Shown here: positions 14,935-16,032 of the stretch, piece after piece
Position numbering within the stretch: position 1 is the first letter of the stretch
Layout of the letters: every line of letters begins with the position of its first letter
Assembly (NCBI GenBank): GCA_964504205.1
Contig: CAZDDE010000018.1
Coordinates: 1 to 16,032, forward strand
Direction: 5' to 3'
Length of the DNA stretch: 16,032 bases
Origin: an uncultured Candidatus Saccharibacteria bacterium
Lineage (GTDB): Bacteria > Patescibacteriota > Minisyncoccia > Spechtbacterales > HO2-43-30
The notes under the pieces: generated by a model
Seen by the model: the letters and a program-made list of their open reading frames with translations, nothing else
What the model was told of the DNA's origin: nothing
The model's database searches: none
Program-made: the position numbers and the translations under genes

Positions 14935-15462
14935 TTAGATGTCCAAGTCGTCATCTTCGAAAGGATCCTTGAAAAGAGCTTCCTTAACCTCTCCTGGTAC
15001 AATCCGACTACCGTCGCTTCTGAAAAAGCCTCTGTCTTTATCGAATTTCTTGGTTGCCTCGATGTCTTGGAGAAACTCGGTAAGAGTTTGCGATCCAATA
15101 AATCCGAAGTCATCACCGTTCCAACCTGGCAAGCTTGCGAAAATTCCTCGCGTGACATTGAGATCTGAATTAGAGTCTACGGCCACTCGCATCAAGCCTT
15201 TTCCAGGATGATTCCATACCGTATATCTGTCTCTTCTTTTTGACACATCGCATAGAGCCGTCTCGATATAAGCGAAAGCCCAGAATATTTCATCGAGTTC
15301 TTTCTTCGACGCTTCCTTTGATCTGAGAAGATACGTATCTTCGAGTCCAGGATAGGTGGTATCGAGCTGAAGAAGGAACTCTACGCCCGATACGACGAAA
15401 TGGACGTCTTGATCGAGTCGAGGATTTTCCTTACGATTCTCTTCGGTTTCTGTTCTACTCAT
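14935..15462 (-). CDS. Hypothetical acidic cytoplasmic protein (orphan)
   Basis: 175-aa ORF with a strong SD (aaaaaggaggcgataagaATG) and its own predicted promoter and terminator. I recognised no family motif. Confidence 0.65.
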   Translation of the reverse strand: MSRTETEENRKENPRLDQDVHFVVSGVEFLLQLDTTYPGLEDTYLLRSKEASKKELDEIFWAFAYIETALCDVSKRRDRYTVWNHPGKGLMRVAVDSNSDLNVTRGIFASLPGWNGDDFGFIGSQTLTEFLQDIEATKKFDKDRGFFRSDGSRIVPGEVKEALFKDPFEDDDLDI

Positions 15463-15492
15463 TCTTATCGCCTCCTTTTTGATTGTACTATT

Positions 15493-15521
15493 AACTTAGC
15501 ATACTAATCTGAATCTGTCAA
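15493..15521 (-). promoter_or_regulatory. Putative sigma70-type promoter for 14935..15462
   Basis: The minus strand reads TTGACA (15516..15521), a 17-nt spacer, then TAAGTT (15493..15498). Confidence 0.4.
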
Positions 15522-15535
15522 GATAAACAATGAGG

Positions 15536-15554
15536 CCCGCGCGGTTAACGCGGG
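15536..15554. repeat. CCCGCG-N7-CGCGGG palindromic motif
   Basis: cccgcg-cggttaa-cgcggg read directly, followed by ttt. Confidence 0.7.
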
Positions 15555-15586
15555 TTTCTCCATATCCACAACACTTCATTGTTACA

Positions 15587-15608
15587 TAAACCCGCGATCG
15601 CGGGTTTA
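15587..15608. repeat. 22-bp perfect palindrome with CCCGCG/CGCGGG core
   Basis: taaacccgcgatcgcgggttta is its own reverse complement. Confidence 0.8.
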
Positions 15609-15624
15609 GTGAGAATACGATCAG

Positions 15625-15657
15625 AAATAAAAACCCCCGCACTTGAATAGTGCGGGG
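15625..15657 (-). terminator. Intrinsic terminator of 15667..16008
   Basis: Stem ccccgcac (15635..15642) with gtgcgggg (15650..15657). On the minus strand it is followed by tttttatttc. It lies 10 nt after the stop codon. Confidence 0.7.
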
Positions 15658-15666
15658 CACTGGCCG

Positions 15667-16008
15667 TCAATCACGTTGACCAATCAAGCCTGGACAACCG
15701 CAGACACTCCCTTTCTTGGTGGAAGCGCCGCACGATGTCCGCTTGTGGTCTTTGGCGGGGTGCTTGCAACGTCTACACTTTACCTCTGCCGCTCTTTGCG
15801 CGGACGTAGCGGCTGCGCGTGAACGCTGCTCTCGCTCCAGATGCAGCGCATGCTCGTAGTCCACCCAGCCACGTTGCATATCCTGGTTAAATTCCGGATC
15901 CCCGAAAACATCGTAGTCTATATTTTCCTCTTCCTGTTCAACTCTAGGCATGCCGCGCAGCATGCCGCTGTATTCTGATTCCGCTAATGTACGTTTGAAG
16001 TGCACCAC
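15667..16008 (-). CDS. Hypothetical protein with C-terminal Cys/His cluster (possible zinc-binding); start lies inside the terminal inverted repeat
   Basis: 113-aa ORF. The C-terminus is KCRRCKHPAKDHKRTSCGASTKKGSVCGCPG (CxxC...C...CxC). The ORF-track start is the GTG at 16008, inside the repeat arm. An alternative ATG at 15963 (MLRGMPRV) lies just outside it. Confidence 0.5.
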   Translation of the reverse strand: MVHFKRTLAESEYSGMLRGMPRVEQEEENIDYDVFGDPEFNQDMQRGWVDYEHALHLEREQRSRAAATSAQRAAEVKCRRCKHPAKDHKRTSCGASTKKGSVCGCPGLIGQRD

Positions 16009-16032
16009 CTCATAGTAAAATAGATTTATGAG
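15983..16032. repeat. Terminal inverted repeat, right arm (perfect reverse complement of 4..53)
   Basis: gctaatgtacgtttgaagtgcaccacctcatagtaaaatagatttatgag was read directly and matches the reverse complement of 4..53. The arm ends at the last base of the window. Confidence 0.9.

Noticed and set aside
14926-15211. Plus-strand ORFs of 80 and 90 aa and a nested minus-strand 75-aa ORF overlapping the 175-aa gene
   Set aside because: The 175-aa minus-strand ORF has the strong SD, promoter and terminator. The others are overlapping or shadow frames.
1-16032. Alternative genetic code (UGA recoding as in some CPR lineages), CRISPR arrays, rRNA or tRNA genes, and transposase or integrase genes
   Set aside because: All family-assignable genes are full length with the standard code. 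I saw no regularly spaced direct repeats, no rRNA or tRNA signatures and no recombinase motifs on either strand.

Overview
The 16,032-nt window looks like a chromosomal segment from a small-genome bacterium. The gene content and the tightly packed, overlapping minus-strand gene arrays resemble uncultivated Patescibacteria/CPR-type genomes, but that placement is inference only. All long ORFs are intact under the standard bacterial code. I support 16 CDS, listed in window order. (1) A small membrane protein. (2) An O-antigen-ligase-like membrane protein. (3) A VanY/M15 D,D-carboxypeptidase. (4) A zinc-ribbon NMD3-like protein. (5) An amino-acid permease. (6) A TIGR00725/LOG-like protein. (7) A beta-CASP MBL-fold nuclease. 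(8) A CX5R tyrosine phosphatase. (9) An autoinhibited Fic enzyme. (10) An XRE-type HTH regulator. (11) PlsY. (12) A DAK2/DegV (YloV-like) fusion. (13) A secreted lysyl-oxidase-like protein. (14) A PQQ-type sugar dehydrogenase beta-propeller. (15, 16) Two orphan ORFs. I found no rRNA, tRNA, CRISPR array, transposase or integrase. Six observations deserve a second look. (a) A perfect 50-nt inverted repeat brackets the window and runs off both edges. Each arm supplies the same start region, reading inward. (b) Two palindromic elements are inserted in frame into the O-antigen-ligase-like gene: 27-bp arms at 1385..1503 and a 34-bp GC-rich perfect palindrome at 1930..1963. (c) The 685-nt non-coding gap at 8100..8784 holds about 250 nt of densely nested hairpins that I cannot classify. 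These are followed by an SD-sequestering hairpin with a 26-codon ORF, then an AT-rich tract with two perfect DnaA boxes. (d) A bacterial LOX-like catalytic domain lies between cell-surface-type repeats and is start/stop-overlapped with a PQQ-type dehydrogenase. (e) A CCCGCG...CGCGGG palindrome motif recurs in the window. (f) A compositionally different two-ORF tail sits beside the right repeat arm. All protein family calls come from motif recognition by eye, and no database search was run.
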